Shown here piece after piece: positions 30,321 to 41,084 of a stretch of 64,000 bases of DNA (its first letter is position 1; each line of letters opens with the position of its first letter). The stretch comes from Waterburya sp. (lineage in GTDB: Bacteria; Cyanobacteriota; Cyanobacteriia; Cyanobacteriales; Xenococcaceae): positions 4,736,001-4,800,000 of the forward strand of contig CBDCJV010000002.1 of the NCBI GenBank assembly GCA_965217895.1, given 5' to 3'. The position numbers were made by a program, and so were the translations under genes. The notes beneath the pieces are model-generated. The model had not been told where the DNA came from, did not search any database, and saw only the letters and a list, made by a program, of their open reading frames with translations.

Positions 30321-31526
30321 ATGCGGACAATCGCCGAAATTAACGACAAAATTAGCCGTGGTCAAGTTGTTGCTTGGACAGTAGAAGAAGTTAAAGCCAA
30401 AGTAGCCAAGCTTGGAGTCAGCAAGGTCTTTAAACAGGTTGATGTTGTCACCACAGGGACATTTGAGCCGATGGAGTCATCTGGAGCAATTATCAACCTG
30501 GGGCATACCGATCCGCCAATCAAGATCCGTCAGTGTTGGCTAGATAATATATCTGCTTATGCTGGCTTCGGGGCAGTAGATCTCTATTTAGGGGCTACGG
30601 CAATGGCTGACTACAACCTGAATGAGACTGATCCTGATTTGCGTGAAGGAGCAGGCTGGGAAAGAGGCGGTGGTCATGTAATTGAGGATTTAATTGCAGG
30701 TAAATCAATTCAGCTAAAGGCGATCGGGCAAAAGACTGATTGCTATCCTCGGGCAGTTTGGGAAAATACAATTACCAAGGATAGTATTAATCAGTTTTAT
30801 CTATTTAATCCCCGCAATCTCTATCAAAACTTTATTGTGGGGGTTAACGGTGGCGATCGCACTTTATATACTTATTTAGGATCGTTACAGCCCAGGTTAG
30901 GTAATGCGGTATATTCTAATCCTGGGGCAATTTCTCCCTTACTAAACGATCCAGATCTAAATTTAGTCGGTATCGGTAGCAAAATCTTTCTGGGGGGTGG
31001 AATTGGCTATATAGCCTGGGAGGGTACGCAACATTTCCCTTTACAAAAGCGACTTGCCAACCGTACTCCCATAGGCCCTGCTGCAACTGTGGCATTAATT
31101 GGCGATGCTAAACAAATGAATGCTAACTGGGTCAGGGGCTGCTATTTTAAAAACTATGGTTCTTCTTTGATGCTAGGAGTAGGAGTAGCATTACCAGTAA
31201 TCAAAGAAGAAGTGATCCAAAACTGCGCTGTAGGGGAGCAAGACGTTGTTGCCCCAGTAATTGATTTCTCTATCCCTCGCCGAGTTCGACCTACCTTTGG
31301 TTTAGTTAGCTATGAGCAACTACAAAAAGGTCATTTGACCATTGAGGGCAAATTAGTTAGAGTTGCCCCTCTGGCTAGCAAATATCGATCGCGCCAGGTA
31401 GCCTTAGAATTAAAGCAGTGGATCGAAACAGGCAAGTTTACCCTAACCGAGCCTGTTGCATCTTTGCCAAGCGATCGTACTCTTGTACCTCAAGACACTA
31501 ATAGATCGATTATCTCCTTGGAATAG
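30321..31526 (+). CDS. DUF39 homocysteine biosynthesis protein (aspartate-semialdehyde sulfurtransferase-like)
   Basis: RTIAEINDKI, VDVVTTGTFEPM, GGGHVIEDL, NPRN.YQN, EGTQH. Confidence 0.82.
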   Translation: MRTIAEINDKISRGQVVAWTVEEVKAKVAKLGVSKVFKQVDVVTTGTFEPMESSGAIINLGHTDPPIKIRQCWLDNISAYAGFGAVDLYLGATAMADYNLNETDPDLREGAGWERGGGHVIEDLIAGKSIQLKAIGQKTDCYPRAVWENTITKDSINQFYLFNPRNLYQNFIVGVNGGDRTLYTYLGSLQPRLGNAVYSNPGAISPLLNDPDLNLVGIGSKIFLGGGIGYIAWEGTQHFPLQKRLANRTPIGPAATVALIGDAKQMNANWVRGCYFKNYGSSLMLGVGVALPVIKEEVIQNCAVGEQDVVAPVIDFSIPRRVRPTFGLVSYEQLQKGHLTIEGKLVRVAPLASKYRSRQVALELKQWIETGKFTLTEPVASLPSDRTLVPQDTNRSIISLE

Positions 31527-31611
31527 TAATCTTAATAGAGGAGAAGTGTAAAGTTAATTTATCCTTACTCAATGTGCATTCCCTAAGTACCTACCCTCGA
31601 GTCTTTACAAG

Positions 31612-31744
31612 TTATAGTCATTCCAATTAATTTCCTTATGGTAGTTTTGTATTGATTGTCAGGTTGAATATTATTTGCTACTTGCTATTTGCTACTTGCT
31701 ACTTTCTTCAAAGATAATCTGGTTGCTATTTAAAATGACTATAA
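31612..31744. mobile_element. MITE-like element with perfect 11-bp terminal inverted repeats and TTGCTAC heptamers
   Basis: TTATAGTCATT (31612-31622) / AATGACTATAA (31734-31744). Confidence 0.75.
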
Positions 31745-33442
31745 TTAGTGCATAACGTTAGTGTCCAAAGAATGTTCGGGGTTCAACTCTTCTAAAATTA
31801 CAAAGCGTATATGATTTAAAGCCAACGCGCCGATTGATACCTTTTCCTTTTCTACTTTCACTCCTTCACTGGTAATCATTTCAAAAGTAGTATCTTTTGC
31901 CATCTCTGCGTGATACCAAGCTAATCCCATAAAAAAGCGGGTGGGATAAGGGCCTCCTTCAAAAAGGTCGTCAGGATTAGATTCCATTGGTAGCCAGCCA
32001 TAGTTAGGCAGATAGAACTCCATCCAGACATGGTTAAAGTCAGGCTGCAAAGGCATATTCAGCTTGAGAGGATCGCCAGGACATTTGTATCTACCAACGG
32101 TACGACAGGCAATACCGTTAAGACGACACAAAGCTAGGAGTAAGCCTAGATATTCTCCACAAGAGCCAACACCGCGCTTAAGCACAATATCGGGAGTATC
32201 AATATGAGGCTTGATGCCGTAGGCTAATTTATCATAGACATAATTGCGGATACTGTAAACTTGACGCAAAATATTCGTTTCTGAACCGATCGCGCTAAGG
32301 GCAGCTTGGCGAATAATCTCTGTATCCATGGCTAAATTATCGTTATCTGTCAGATATTTTTGTTGATATTCCTCCTTGAGTGCGGGAACGTTTTCGCAAT
32401 CATTAGGTTTGATTTGATATTTGATACTCCAGACTTCTAAAATTGCTTTCCAGCCAAAGATATAACGTTGCCCAGAATTAAAATTAGCAAACTTAAATAC
32501 GGCAATTCGTTGCCCATCCTTAACTTCTTCGGTAAACGGTAAGCCGATCGCGCTGACTTCTCTGATTTTCTGTCTGTTTGTCTCGGCAGGTAAAGCCATA
32601 CGCCACTCTAAGTCTTTAAACTCGATAGGATCGAGAGGAGAAACCTCCTCTGCATAAGACATCTCCACTAAATAGCCGTTAGAAAGAGCATATTTTTGCT
32701 CGCGGTTATAATGAAAATAAAGCGGATGAATAAAAGTGTGATCGCGATACTGCAATTCGTAATTTGGTTCGGCGTTGGGGTTGTCGCGGATATAGACCTC
32801 GCGATCGGCATAGGCTATATATAAAGTCTCTTTTTCTGTTTCTCGATCGAGATCGAACGCTAATCCCGTCGGCGAGGTGAAGGGAGTCAAAACACTAAAA
32901 ATAGTTTCTCCTGTTGCCCGATCGAGACAGTAAACAGTTTGTTCTAAAGTATCACTCAGCCAGATCTCTTCATCTTTAATGGTAATGTTTTCTACACCAA
33001 TTCCAGGGGCATAAAAGTGGGTGATTTTAGTACGGCGATCGCGATCGTAAATTAAGATCTTGCCTTGTTTTTGACTGGTGAGATAAATTGTCGATTCCCA
33101 AACAGCAATTCCTTCAATGTCACAATCTAAGCGTAAAAATAATTGTGGTTCAAAATCTTGCGTGACCAACGAACAACAGTAAACGCATTCTCGATTGGTA
33201 AACCAAAGAACATTATCAGTAATGGCTAAACCTGTTGCGCCCAAAAAATCTGACCAGTAATGAGTATTTAAAACCCTAGTGTTGTTAGTCTCTGGCTCAA
33301 TCTCCAATAAATAACCACTTTGAGAATCGATCGCCCAAAGAAAGCCTTTATGAAACACAATACCGTAAATAGAACTAGCCGCGATCGGTCTGATGGTTTT
33401 ACTAGTCTCAGCAGCCTGCTTGGAGATCATATACTCAGTCAA
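31745..33442 (-). CDS. Transglutaminase-like domain protein with N-terminal beta-propeller-like repeats
   Basis: GSCGEY (Cys), NHVWMEFY (His), ESNPDD (Asp); N-terminal GLA..LW repeats. Confidence 0.85.
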   Translation of the reverse strand: MTEYMISKQAAETSKTIRPIAASSIYGIVFHKGFLWAIDSQSGYLLEIEPETNNTRVLNTHYWSDFLGATGLAITDNVLWFTNRECVYCCSLVTQDFEPQLFLRLDCDIEGIAVWESTIYLTSQKQGKILIYDRDRRTKITHFYAPGIGVENITIKDEEIWLSDTLEQTVYCLDRATGETIFSVLTPFTSPTGLAFDLDRETEKETLYIAYADREVYIRDNPNAEPNYELQYRDHTFIHPLYFHYNREQKYALSNGYLVEMSYAEEVSPLDPIEFKDLEWRMALPAETNRQKIREVSAIGLPFTEEVKDGQRIAVFKFANFNSGQRYIFGWKAILEVWSIKYQIKPNDCENVPALKEEYQQKYLTDNDNLAMDTEIIRQAALSAIGSETNILRQVYSIRNYVYDKLAYGIKPHIDTPDIVLKRGVGSCGEYLGLLLALCRLNGIACRTVGRYKCPGDPLKLNMPLQPDFNHVWMEFYLPNYGWLPMESNPDDLFEGGPYPTRFFMGLAWYHAEMAKDTTFEMITSEGVKVEKEKVSIGALALNHIRFVILEELNPEHSLDTNVMH

Positions 33443-33525
33443 AAGTTTTTATTTATTAGATTTTATAGTTGTTTGGTCGATCAAAGTGTCGATTTTGAAC
33501 AATAAATAATGAAGTTTGTCGTTAG

Positions 33526-33556
33526 TAATTGGTAGTTGGTAGTTGGTAGTTAGTCG
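33526..33556. repeat. Heptamer tandem repeat (TAGTTGG)n
   Basis: TAATTGGTAGTTGGTAGTTGGTAGTTAG; similar tracts near 36765-36815, 42110-42140 and 54301-54323. Confidence 0.7.
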
Positions 33557-33644
33557 TTTGTAGCATAGAAACCCGCCCTAACTGTCCGATCGAAGCGTTA
33601 CTAGTTGTTATACAGTTATGAAATAAAACAATTAGCTTTTTTGT

Positions 33645-34469
33645 ATGAGTTCTTACGTGCCAACTAACCAGTCTATTTTAGATGCTCTACAACGTTTAAT
33701 TGAAGTAGTTGCTCAATTGCGATCGCCTGATGGGGGATGTCCTTGGGATTTGGCACAGACACCACAAACCCTAATTCCCTATGTGATTGAAGAGGCGTAT
33801 GAAGTGGTGGATGCAATTCAGGGCGAGGATAAAAAGGCGATCGCCGAAGAGTTGGGAGATTTATTGTTACAGGTGGTGTTACAAACTCAGATAGCTAGCG
33901 AACAGCAAGACTTTACCTTAGAAGAAGTCGCTACAGGCATCACCGAAAAGCTCATTCGTCGTCATCCTCATGTATTTGGTGATGTAGAAGTTAATAGCGC
34001 AGCCGAGGTTAATCGAAACTGGGAGCAAATTAAAGCTATTGAAAAAGGGGAAACTCCAGAACAAGCTAGGTTACTCAGCCGTAAGCTGGAGCGTTATGCC
34101 CGCAGTTTGCCCCCTTTAATGGCAGGGATGAAAATATCTAAAAAAGCTGCCTCAACAGGTTTTGAATGGTCAAATGTCCAGGGAGTTTGGGATAAGTTTG
34201 ATGAGGAGTTGGCAGAGTTCAAAGAAGCTTTGGCAAGCGATAATAAAGTTCACCAGCAAGAAGAATTAGGCGATTTACTATTTACCATCATTAATATTGC
34301 CCGCTGGTATGGTTTAAATCCTTTTGATGGCTTACAAGGAACAAATCGTCGCTTTATTCAACGTTTGACAATAATGGAAAAGTTCGCCACCCGTCCGCTT
34401 TCAGACTACGATATCAATGAGTTGGAATCCCTTTGGCAACAGGCTAAGGCACTGCTAAAAGACGAGTAA
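33645..34469 (+). CDS. mazG: Nucleoside triphosphate pyrophosphohydrolase
   Basis: GCPWD, EEAYE, EELGDLL, RRHPHVFG, second EELGDLLF. Confidence 0.95.
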   Translation: MSSYVPTNQSILDALQRLIEVVAQLRSPDGGCPWDLAQTPQTLIPYVIEEAYEVVDAIQGEDKKAIAEELGDLLLQVVLQTQIASEQQDFTLEEVATGITEKLIRRHPHVFGDVEVNSAAEVNRNWEQIKAIEKGETPEQARLLSRKLERYARSLPPLMAGMKISKKAASTGFEWSNVQGVWDKFDEELAEFKEALASDNKVHQQEELGDLLFTIINIARWYGLNPFDGLQGTNRRFIQRLTIMEKFATRPLSDYDINELESLWQQAKALLKDE

Positions 34470-34500
34470 TGAAGCTATCAAATAAATTTGATGTGAATAA

Positions 34501-35667
34501 ATGGCGACATACGATTGGATTGTAATTGGTGCAGGTATAACTGGTGCTTGTCTTGCTTATGAGCTTAGTCAACAGGGATTTACGGTACTTCTATTAGAAA
34601 AAGATCCCAAACCTGATAACGCTACTGTATATAGCTACGGCGGTTTACCTTACTGGTCAGGGGTAGATGATTTGACTCGTATTTTAGGCAAAGAAGGAAT
34701 CGAGCTACATCGCAACTTAAGCGAAGAATTGGGAGGAGAAACGGAGTTTGGAGAGCTAGATTTGGTATTAACCATAGATCGCCAAGACGATCCTGAAGTC
34801 ATTGCTCAAAATTACGATCGCTTTGCTATTACTCCAGAATTATTAAGCGTTCAAGATGCCTGTATCTTAGAACCCTTACTCAACCCAAATGCGATCGCCG
34901 GAGTATTAAAGTTACCTCATGGTCATATTCATCCCCAAAAGACTACCGATGCCTACCTGCAAGCATTCAAACGTAACGGGGGCAAAATAGTTTATCAGGA
35001 GGTAGTAGATTTACTGCGTCAAAAAGATAGTGTTACGGGAGTGCAAACCCAGAATAACCTTTATCGCGCTGCAAACACCATAGTCTGTGCAGGGGGACTA
35101 TCGCGATCGCTTTTACAACAGGCAAACATTACCGTAGGTAACTATTTCACCCATGCTCAACTAATTACTACCCCTCCCGTAGATTTAGAATTGGCAACGG
35201 TAGTTATGCCAGCCGTACAGCAAAGATTTAGCTTACAAGCCAAAGCCCAAGAATTTGAGCCAGAAACCGCCTGGAATCCCCCTTACGATCGGCTTGCTCG
35301 ACTAATCCTCGATCCTGGGGCAGTACAGTTTCAAGACGGTAGCTTGTGTATAGGACAAATTAGCGCGATCGCTCCTAACCCAACCAAGCTCAATCCCTTG
35401 GCAGCAGAAGCACAAATCCGCGAACAGGTGGGTAATGTTCTACCCCTATTGGAAGATATTCCAGGTACTTGTCACAGTTGTTTGGTGGCGTTTAATAATC
35501 AGGCGATCGCTTTAGTTGGTAATTTAGCTGATATTCAGGGAATTTATTTATTTTCAGGCTTTACCAGTACTTTAGTATTTGCCCCCGTACTGGCTAGACG
35601 TTTTGCTCATTGGGCTTCAGGCACAGAAGATAAAATTATTGAACAGTTACAGTGGGCTATTAAGTAA
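34501..35667 (+). CDS. FAD-dependent oxidoreductase (DAO/DadA family)
   Basis: VIGAGITG dinucleotide-binding motif. Confidence 0.85.
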   Translation: MATYDWIVIGAGITGACLAYELSQQGFTVLLLEKDPKPDNATVYSYGGLPYWSGVDDLTRILGKEGIELHRNLSEELGGETEFGELDLVLTIDRQDDPEVIAQNYDRFAITPELLSVQDACILEPLLNPNAIAGVLKLPHGHIHPQKTTDAYLQAFKRNGGKIVYQEVVDLLRQKDSVTGVQTQNNLYRAANTIVCAGGLSRSLLQQANITVGNYFTHAQLITTPPVDLELATVVMPAVQQRFSLQAKAQEFEPETAWNPPYDRLARLILDPGAVQFQDGSLCIGQISAIAPNPTKLNPLAAEAQIREQVGNVLPLLEDIPGTCHSCLVAFNNQAIALVGNLADIQGIYLFSGFTSTLVFAPVLARRFAHWASGTEDKIIEQLQWAIK

Positions 35668-35818
35668 TTATGCTGTAAGGACGACAAAAAGTTAGAGTAG
35701 CGAAAAATAATCTTCCTCGAACCTTGAAATAGTTATAGTGATTTCCGAAAGTCGATTACTTTGTAATTGACGATAAAATATAAGTAGGAAGAAAAATTAA
35801 GATATTGTTACTAGATAT

Positions 35819-36382
35819 ATGGCTACTGTTGTTGCAGTTGAAAAAAAGAAATTAGAACAACCTCCCTTAGATATTCATTATTTGGGCGATCGCGTTTTGC
35901 GTCAGCCAGCTAAACGCATTGCTAAAGTAGATGATTCTATCCGTGAAATAATCAAACAGATGTTACAGACTATGTATAGTGCTGATGGCATTGGTTTAGC
36001 TGCCCCCCAGGTAGGGATTCATAAGCAACTTGTGGTTATTGATATTCATTTAGACAACCCCGACGTACCGCCTCTAGTTTTAATTAACCCGAAAATTATC
36101 AAATCCAGCAGCAACTTTTGTACAGGTGAAGAAGGCTGTTTGAGTATTCCTGGAGTATATTTGGACGTAATTCGCCCTGAGGTTATCGAGGTTTCTTATA
36201 AAAATGAACAGGGAAAACCCAGTACACTAAAAGCAACTGGTTTACTTTCCCGTGCCATCCAGCATGAAATGGATCACCTAAATGGTGTAATGTTTGTAGA
36301 TCGAGTAGATAATAATCTTGCTCTCAATGAAGAGTTGAATAAAAGAGGTTTTGCCGTCAGCGCGGTCAAACCAGTTAGATAA
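35819..36382 (+). CDS. def: Peptide deformylase
   Basis: GIGLAAPQVG, EGCLS, QHEMDHLNG. Confidence 0.97.
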   Translation: MATVVAVEKKKLEQPPLDIHYLGDRVLRQPAKRIAKVDDSIREIIKQMLQTMYSADGIGLAAPQVGIHKQLVVIDIHLDNPDVPPLVLINPKIIKSSSNFCTGEEGCLSIPGVYLDVIRPEVIEVSYKNEQGKPSTLKATGLLSRAIQHEMDHLNGVMFVDRVDNNLALNEELNKRGFAVSAVKPVR

Positions 36383-36423
36383 TGAATATATAAAAGCGGT
36401 TAACTATAAGAGGAGTAAGTAAA

Positions 36424-36633
36424 ATGATTTCAATGACACCGAAGAGTGGTGTATGTTTACTTTTGTGCTGCATTACGGCGATCGCAGCAGTAGGTTCAGT
36501 TTTTGAACTATCTTCTGGTAATCCCGAATTGGGCAGCATGGTTACAGGGTTAATCTTAGCTGCCAGTATTCCCCTCACGGGAATCTTGTTTTGGGTAGCG
36601 GTACAAGATACTAGAGCTAATCAAGGCGAATAG
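36424..36633 (+). CDS. Small two-TM hypothetical membrane protein
   Basis: AGGAG Shine-Dalgarno; two hydrophobic helices around AAVGSVFELSSG; start may instead be 36433. Confidence 0.75.
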   Translation: MISMTPKSGVCLLLCCITAIAAVGSVFELSSGNPELGSMVTGLILAASIPLTGILFWVAVQDTRANQGE

Positions 36634-36868
36634 TAATAAGTAAGTTTTACGCTTGCATATCTACTAATCCAATAATGAAATGACGTTGGTTGCTCAAAGT
36701 CCCAAAGAGATTGCCAGCGTGGAGTGAGCAATAATTAACTGTAGTTATTTCTGTCTAGGTACTTAGTAGTTTGTAGTAGGTAGTCAAAAAACTACTAACC
36801 ACAAACTACTCACTAATCACTTATTAAAAGCTAAAACCGCAATTCCAGAATATTTACCGACAAGCAAG

Positions 36869-37411
36869 CTATTTCTTGGGAGATAACATCATCATCATGT
36901 TACGTCCTTCCCGCTTGGGGAACTGCTGAACTTCAGCATACTCTTCCAAATCTTTAGCCATTTTACGTAGCAGATCTTCAGCTAATCTAGAGTGTTGAAT
37001 TTCCCGACCACGGAAGCTGATAGTAGCTTTGACCTTATCGCCAGATTTTAAGAAGCGTTGAGCATTTTTGACGCGCACATTATAGTCATGCTCCTCAATT
37101 TTGTAGCGCATTTTCACTTCTTTAACGTCAGCATTATGCTGTTTTTTCTTCGCTTCTTTAAGTTTTTTGTCCTGCTCGTATTTGTATTTCCCATAGTCCA
37201 TAATCTTACAGACAGGAGGCTTGGCGGTTTCGCTGACTAAGACCAAATCTAGACCCTTTTCTTGGGCTCTGGTCAGAGCTTCTCTAGGAGTAATTATTCC
37301 TAATTGCTCACCTTCAGAGTCGATTACACGAATTTCGGGGAAGCGGATTCTTTCGTTAGTTTTGGTTAGATCGCGACTATTATTACTGCGTCTTCTATCT
37401 CTCACAGGCGT
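36869..37411 (-). CDS. infC: Translation initiation factor IF-3 (probable ACG start)
   Basis: [42 protein letters not shown] in frame with AAGGAA 9 nt upstream of the ACG. Confidence 0.95.
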   Translation of the reverse strand, partial: TPVRDRRRSNNSRDLTKTNERIRFPEIRVIDSEGEQLGIITPREALTRAQEKGLDLVLVSETAKPPVCKIMDYGKYKYEQDKKLKEAKKKQHNADVKEVKMRYKIEEHDYNVRVKNAQRFLKSGDKVKATISFRGREIQHSRLAEDLLRKMAKDLEEYAEVQQFPKREGRNMMMMLSPKK

Positions 37412-37616
37412 ATTTTTTCTTTCCTTTTGTATTAGTAATATTTGTGAACTAAAAAATAAGATGATAAAAAGTTATATCTTCTTCTATTTTACTAACATTG
37501 CTATTAATAGAATATTAAGTTAATTTTATCTTCTTATTTAAATTATCTTCAATCTAACAATAGATATACCTTGGGTAACAATAGTATAGTATGTAAATAT
37601 TTATAAAGTAAGAAAT

Positions 37617-38513
37617 TTGATTATAAACCAATCTTGGCAAGAGCGTATTGGCAATCAAAGAGACTGGGTTTGGCGAGGATGGCAAACTCGCTATAGTTAT
37701 CTAAAAGCTCAAGATAACAATAATTGCCCTCCAGTAATCCTCGTTCATGGTTTTGGTGCCAGTATTGAACATTGGCGTAAGAATATACCAGAGATCGCCC
37801 AATACCATACAGTATATGCTATAGATTTACTGGGTTTTGGTGCATCAAGAAAAGCAGACACAAAATATAGTGCAGGTTTATGGACAGAGCAACTACATGA
37901 CTTTTGGCAAACCTTTATCGGCACTCCTGTAATTTTAGTCGGCAACTCGGTCGGTTCATTAGTTTGTTTAAACGCCACTGCTACTTATCCAGAAATGGTT
38001 AAGGGTTTGGTAATGCTTAGTTTGGTAGACGCATCTGCAAGAGAAGACACACTATCATCTTTCCGTTCTCTGGTGACAAAAATTGAAAGTGTGTTTGCAT
38101 TTCCCTGGTTGATCAAAAGTATTCTTAAAATAGTTAGAAGACCAAACTCGATCCGTCGTGGTGCAGAAATAGCTTATCCTAACAAGCAAGCAATAACAGA
38201 TGAGCTGGTAGAAATTCTTTCAAATCCTGCTTATGATGGAGGTTCAGAGCAAACTTTTCTTTGTTTATTCCGTAGCGTCAGAAAAGCTGGTTTTGCCAAG
38301 CCAGTTAGGGATTTATTGCCACAGATAACCGCTCCTATGCTCTTAATTTGGGGACTGCAAGATAAAGTTATACCTCCTAAGCAAGCTCGTGCGATCGCAT
38401 CACTCAATCCTGGTTTAAAGCTAATAGAATTACCAGATGCAGGGCATTGTCCCCATGATGAATATCCAGATAAATTTAATTCTCTGCTGCTAAAGTGGCT
38501 CGAATCTATATAA
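37617..38513 (+). CDS. Alpha/beta fold hydrolase
   Basis: LVHGFGAS, DLLGFG, GNSVG, WGLQD, GHCPHDE. Confidence 0.9.
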   Translation: MIINQSWQERIGNQRDWVWRGWQTRYSYLKAQDNNNCPPVILVHGFGASIEHWRKNIPEIAQYHTVYAIDLLGFGASRKADTKYSAGLWTEQLHDFWQTFIGTPVILVGNSVGSLVCLNATATYPEMVKGLVMLSLVDASAREDTLSSFRSLVTKIESVFAFPWLIKSILKIVRRPNSIRRGAEIAYPNKQAITDELVEILSNPAYDGGSEQTFLCLFRSVRKAGFAKPVRDLLPQITAPMLLIWGLQDKVIPPKQARAIASLNPGLKLIELPDAGHCPHDEYPDKFNSLLLKWLESI

Positions 38514-38549
38514 TCAAGTTAGAAATTGTAAACATAACTTTAGTTAACT

Positions 38550-38765
38550 ATGGCAGGCATTAAAAAGGGAACGCTAGTTCATGTAGTCAAGGAAAAACTC
38601 GAAGGCAGCTTAGAAGGAAAAGCTAGTGATGTTCGCCTTCCTTCTTACTTGTTTGACAGTAAAGGGGAAGTTTTAGATCTTAATGATGAATATGCTTTAG
38701 TCCAGTTTTATGTTCCTACTCCTAATATTTGGTTGCGTTTAGATCAATTAGAAGAAGCAAAGTAA
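38550..38765 (+). CDS. ndhO: NAD(P)H-quinone oxidoreductase subunit O
   Basis: [36 protein letters not shown]. Confidence 0.93.
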   Translation: MAGIKKGTLVHVVKEKLEGSLEGKASDVRLPSYLFDSKGEVLDLNDEYALVQFYVPTPNIWLRLDQLEEAK

Positions 38766-38840
38766 TTAGTTAAGTGACGTGCCAATTTAATATGCTTATA
38801 GTTAGGAAGGTGTTTTGACCCAAGCAAAGCTGCTACGACT

Positions 38841-41084
38841 TTACCAATTTGTATCAGTTACTAACGACTCGATCCCGTCATGAGGTGTCCAATGAACTAC
38901 TCCCTCTTGAAGGTTGTAAACCTGAATTTTATCCCTGTCTCGTCGAGTAATTTCTTGGGGTTTATTCGAGGCAATGATTGATTGAGGCTGTAATTTTAAC
39001 CAGGCTGCTTCAATCTTATTGCTTACAAGAATCGGCAGTTTTTGATTTGAACCTGCTTGAATATATTGCTGAAGCCGATCCGCATCAGGCTTTGTATTGT
39101 TTAATATTAGCCAGGTATTCATTGCTGTATCTAATTTTAAAATTGATAGCTGACGGTCAAACAATATTGTTAAAGATTTGGTGGCAATTACTTGCTTAAA
39201 TTGAACCTGAGACTTTTTACTAGATGGTGCAAGAGGTTCTGAGTTGGGATTAGCAACAAGATGCTCGATAGGCAGGCGATCGCTAATTGCTGACCAATTA
39301 GATTCAACCCCTGGGCTTGAAATGGCATAATTTATTTGGTTAACGCCTTGGTTTGTTAAAAATGGCAACAGGCTATATTTAATATCCTTTGGTTCACCAG
39401 TATTAATTAATACTACTTTGCCTTGATCTTGAATAACTATAATTGGTTCAGGCTGTGCAGGCAAGACGGTAATCTGAGTTAAATTGAAATGCTGATATGT
39501 TATGGGAACAATAATTGAAGTTAAAACGCCGAGCAAAACTAGCTTTAAATGTTTGCGCCACCAGTTGCTCACTAGAACCAAGAGAAATAACCCGTAGATA
39601 GTTAATAATACACCTAGAGAGATTTGTCCGATCGCCCAAGAGCTGACTGGTAAACTGCTAAAAAAGCTAATTATTGCCATTAGTAACAGAGTGGGATAAA
39701 GCAATACCCAGGCGATCGCGCTACCGACAATAGGCATAATCAAAGCCGCGATCGCACTTATCATTCCTCCCAGGCTAATTACGGTAATTAAAGGCGTGCA
39801 AATAATGTTGACGATGACGCTATAGGTAGCAACCGAATTGAATTTATAGCTTAATAATGGCAGTACCCAAACGGTCGCAGCTAAAGGCACGGCAACTAAA
39901 GTAGCGATCATTGGCGGTAGCCAATCTAATCTGGCTATTAAACCAGGCATGGTCACAATTAAGCCAAAAGTTGCCAAAAAACTAAGCTGAAAGCCGAGAT
40001 CGCTAATAAATAAGGGATTGAATAGCAAAATGATGGTTGCAGCTAATAAAAGCGAACCCAACGGTTTAACTTTAGTATCCATGACTAAAGCTATTAGTAC
40101 CGCCACCCCCATTAAACAGGCACGAAATACAGAAGCTTGGATTCCCGTTAAACCCAGATAAACTAATAGAGTACCGATGCCGATAACTAGTCGAGGTTTA
40201 GCAGCCAAACGATTAGTTATCTTTAAAATAATTCCTAAGAGCAGAGATACATGAAAGCCAGAGGCAGCAAGCACATGAGCCAATCCAGCCTCAATAAAGC
40301 GATCGCGAATATCAGTAGGTAAATCTACCGCTTTACGCCCTAGAATCATTGAACTTACTAGCTGACCCATCGGACTACCCAAACCCTTTAACTGACTTCT
40401 GACAATCCGCCTGCGTAGCTTCCACCAACCCCAGCTAGGTTCAGTTTGCTCACTAAAAACCGCTTCAGATCCCTGTATTCCTGCAAATACACCCTGACGG
40501 GCAAGATACTCTTGAAAATCAAAACCACTAGGAGTTTTGGCAGCTTGGGGTAAGTATAAAGATCCTTTGAGCTTTAAATTTTGCCCAGGATAAATCCCTG
40601 TTCCCTGCAATAAAGGTAAAGTTGCGTAAATCTTTCCCGATACTTGTTCTTTATCTCCAATTCTGGCAGCTTTCAGCAAAAACTTGAGACGTTGATTATC
40701 GTTTAATCTAGGTTCGGTTAAAACCTTTCCTGCTACGGTAACAAACTCACTATTAGAAGCAGTAACTTGATAGCTAATATCGTTGCTATGTGGCTGAGGG
40801 ATACGCATCTGAAAATAAGCGATCGCTAAGATGGCAACTAAGGCTGTACCCAACCATTGTTTGTAAGCTCTTGTGATTATTTTGAGAGCGTTTAATTTCG
40901 CTGGTGTACCTTTCCCAAACCCATTATCAACTAAAACAGCGATCGCACTTAAGCTAAGCGATCCTGCTATGAGCCAAATTAACTGTTGTCCAGTAAAACC
41001 AGAGCTAGAAAAAGCAAACAAATTGGTTGATAGTAGGCTGACAATATATGTCAAACAAAGAATTATCCAACTGTGGCGATTCAT
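38841..41084 (-). CDS. comEC: ComEC/Rec2 competence protein
   Basis: GFDFQEYL, GLAHVLAASGFHV, SVFRA, GFQLSFLAT. Confidence 0.93.
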   Translation of the reverse strand: MNRHSWIILCLTYIVSLLSTNLFAFSSSGFTGQQLIWLIAGSLSLSAIAVLVDNGFGKGTPAKLNALKIITRAYKQWLGTALVAILAIAYFQMRIPQPHSNDISYQVTASNSEFVTVAGKVLTEPRLNDNQRLKFLLKAARIGDKEQVSGKIYATLPLLQGTGIYPGQNLKLKGSLYLPQAAKTPSGFDFQEYLARQGVFAGIQGSEAVFSEQTEPSWGWWKLRRRIVRSQLKGLGSPMGQLVSSMILGRKAVDLPTDIRDRFIEAGLAHVLAASGFHVSLLLGIILKITNRLAAKPRLVIGIGTLLVYLGLTGIQASVFRACLMGVAVLIALVMDTKVKPLGSLLLAATIILLFNPLFISDLGFQLSFLATFGLIVTMPGLIARLDWLPPMIATLVAVPLAATVWVLPLLSYKFNSVATYSVIVNIICTPLITVISLGGMISAIAALIMPIVGSAIAWVLLYPTLLLMAIISFFSSLPVSSWAIGQISLGVLLTIYGLFLLVLVSNWWRKHLKLVLLGVLTSIIVPITYQHFNLTQITVLPAQPEPIIVIQDQGKVVLINTGEPKDIKYSLLPFLTNQGVNQINYAISSPGVESNWSAISDRLPIEHLVANPNSEPLAPSSKKSQVQFKQVIATKSLTILFDRQLSILKLDTAMNTWLILNNTKPDADRLQQYIQAGSNQKLPILVSNKIEAAWLKLQPQSIIASNKPQEITRRDRDKIQVYNLQEGVVHWTPHDGIESLVTDTNW

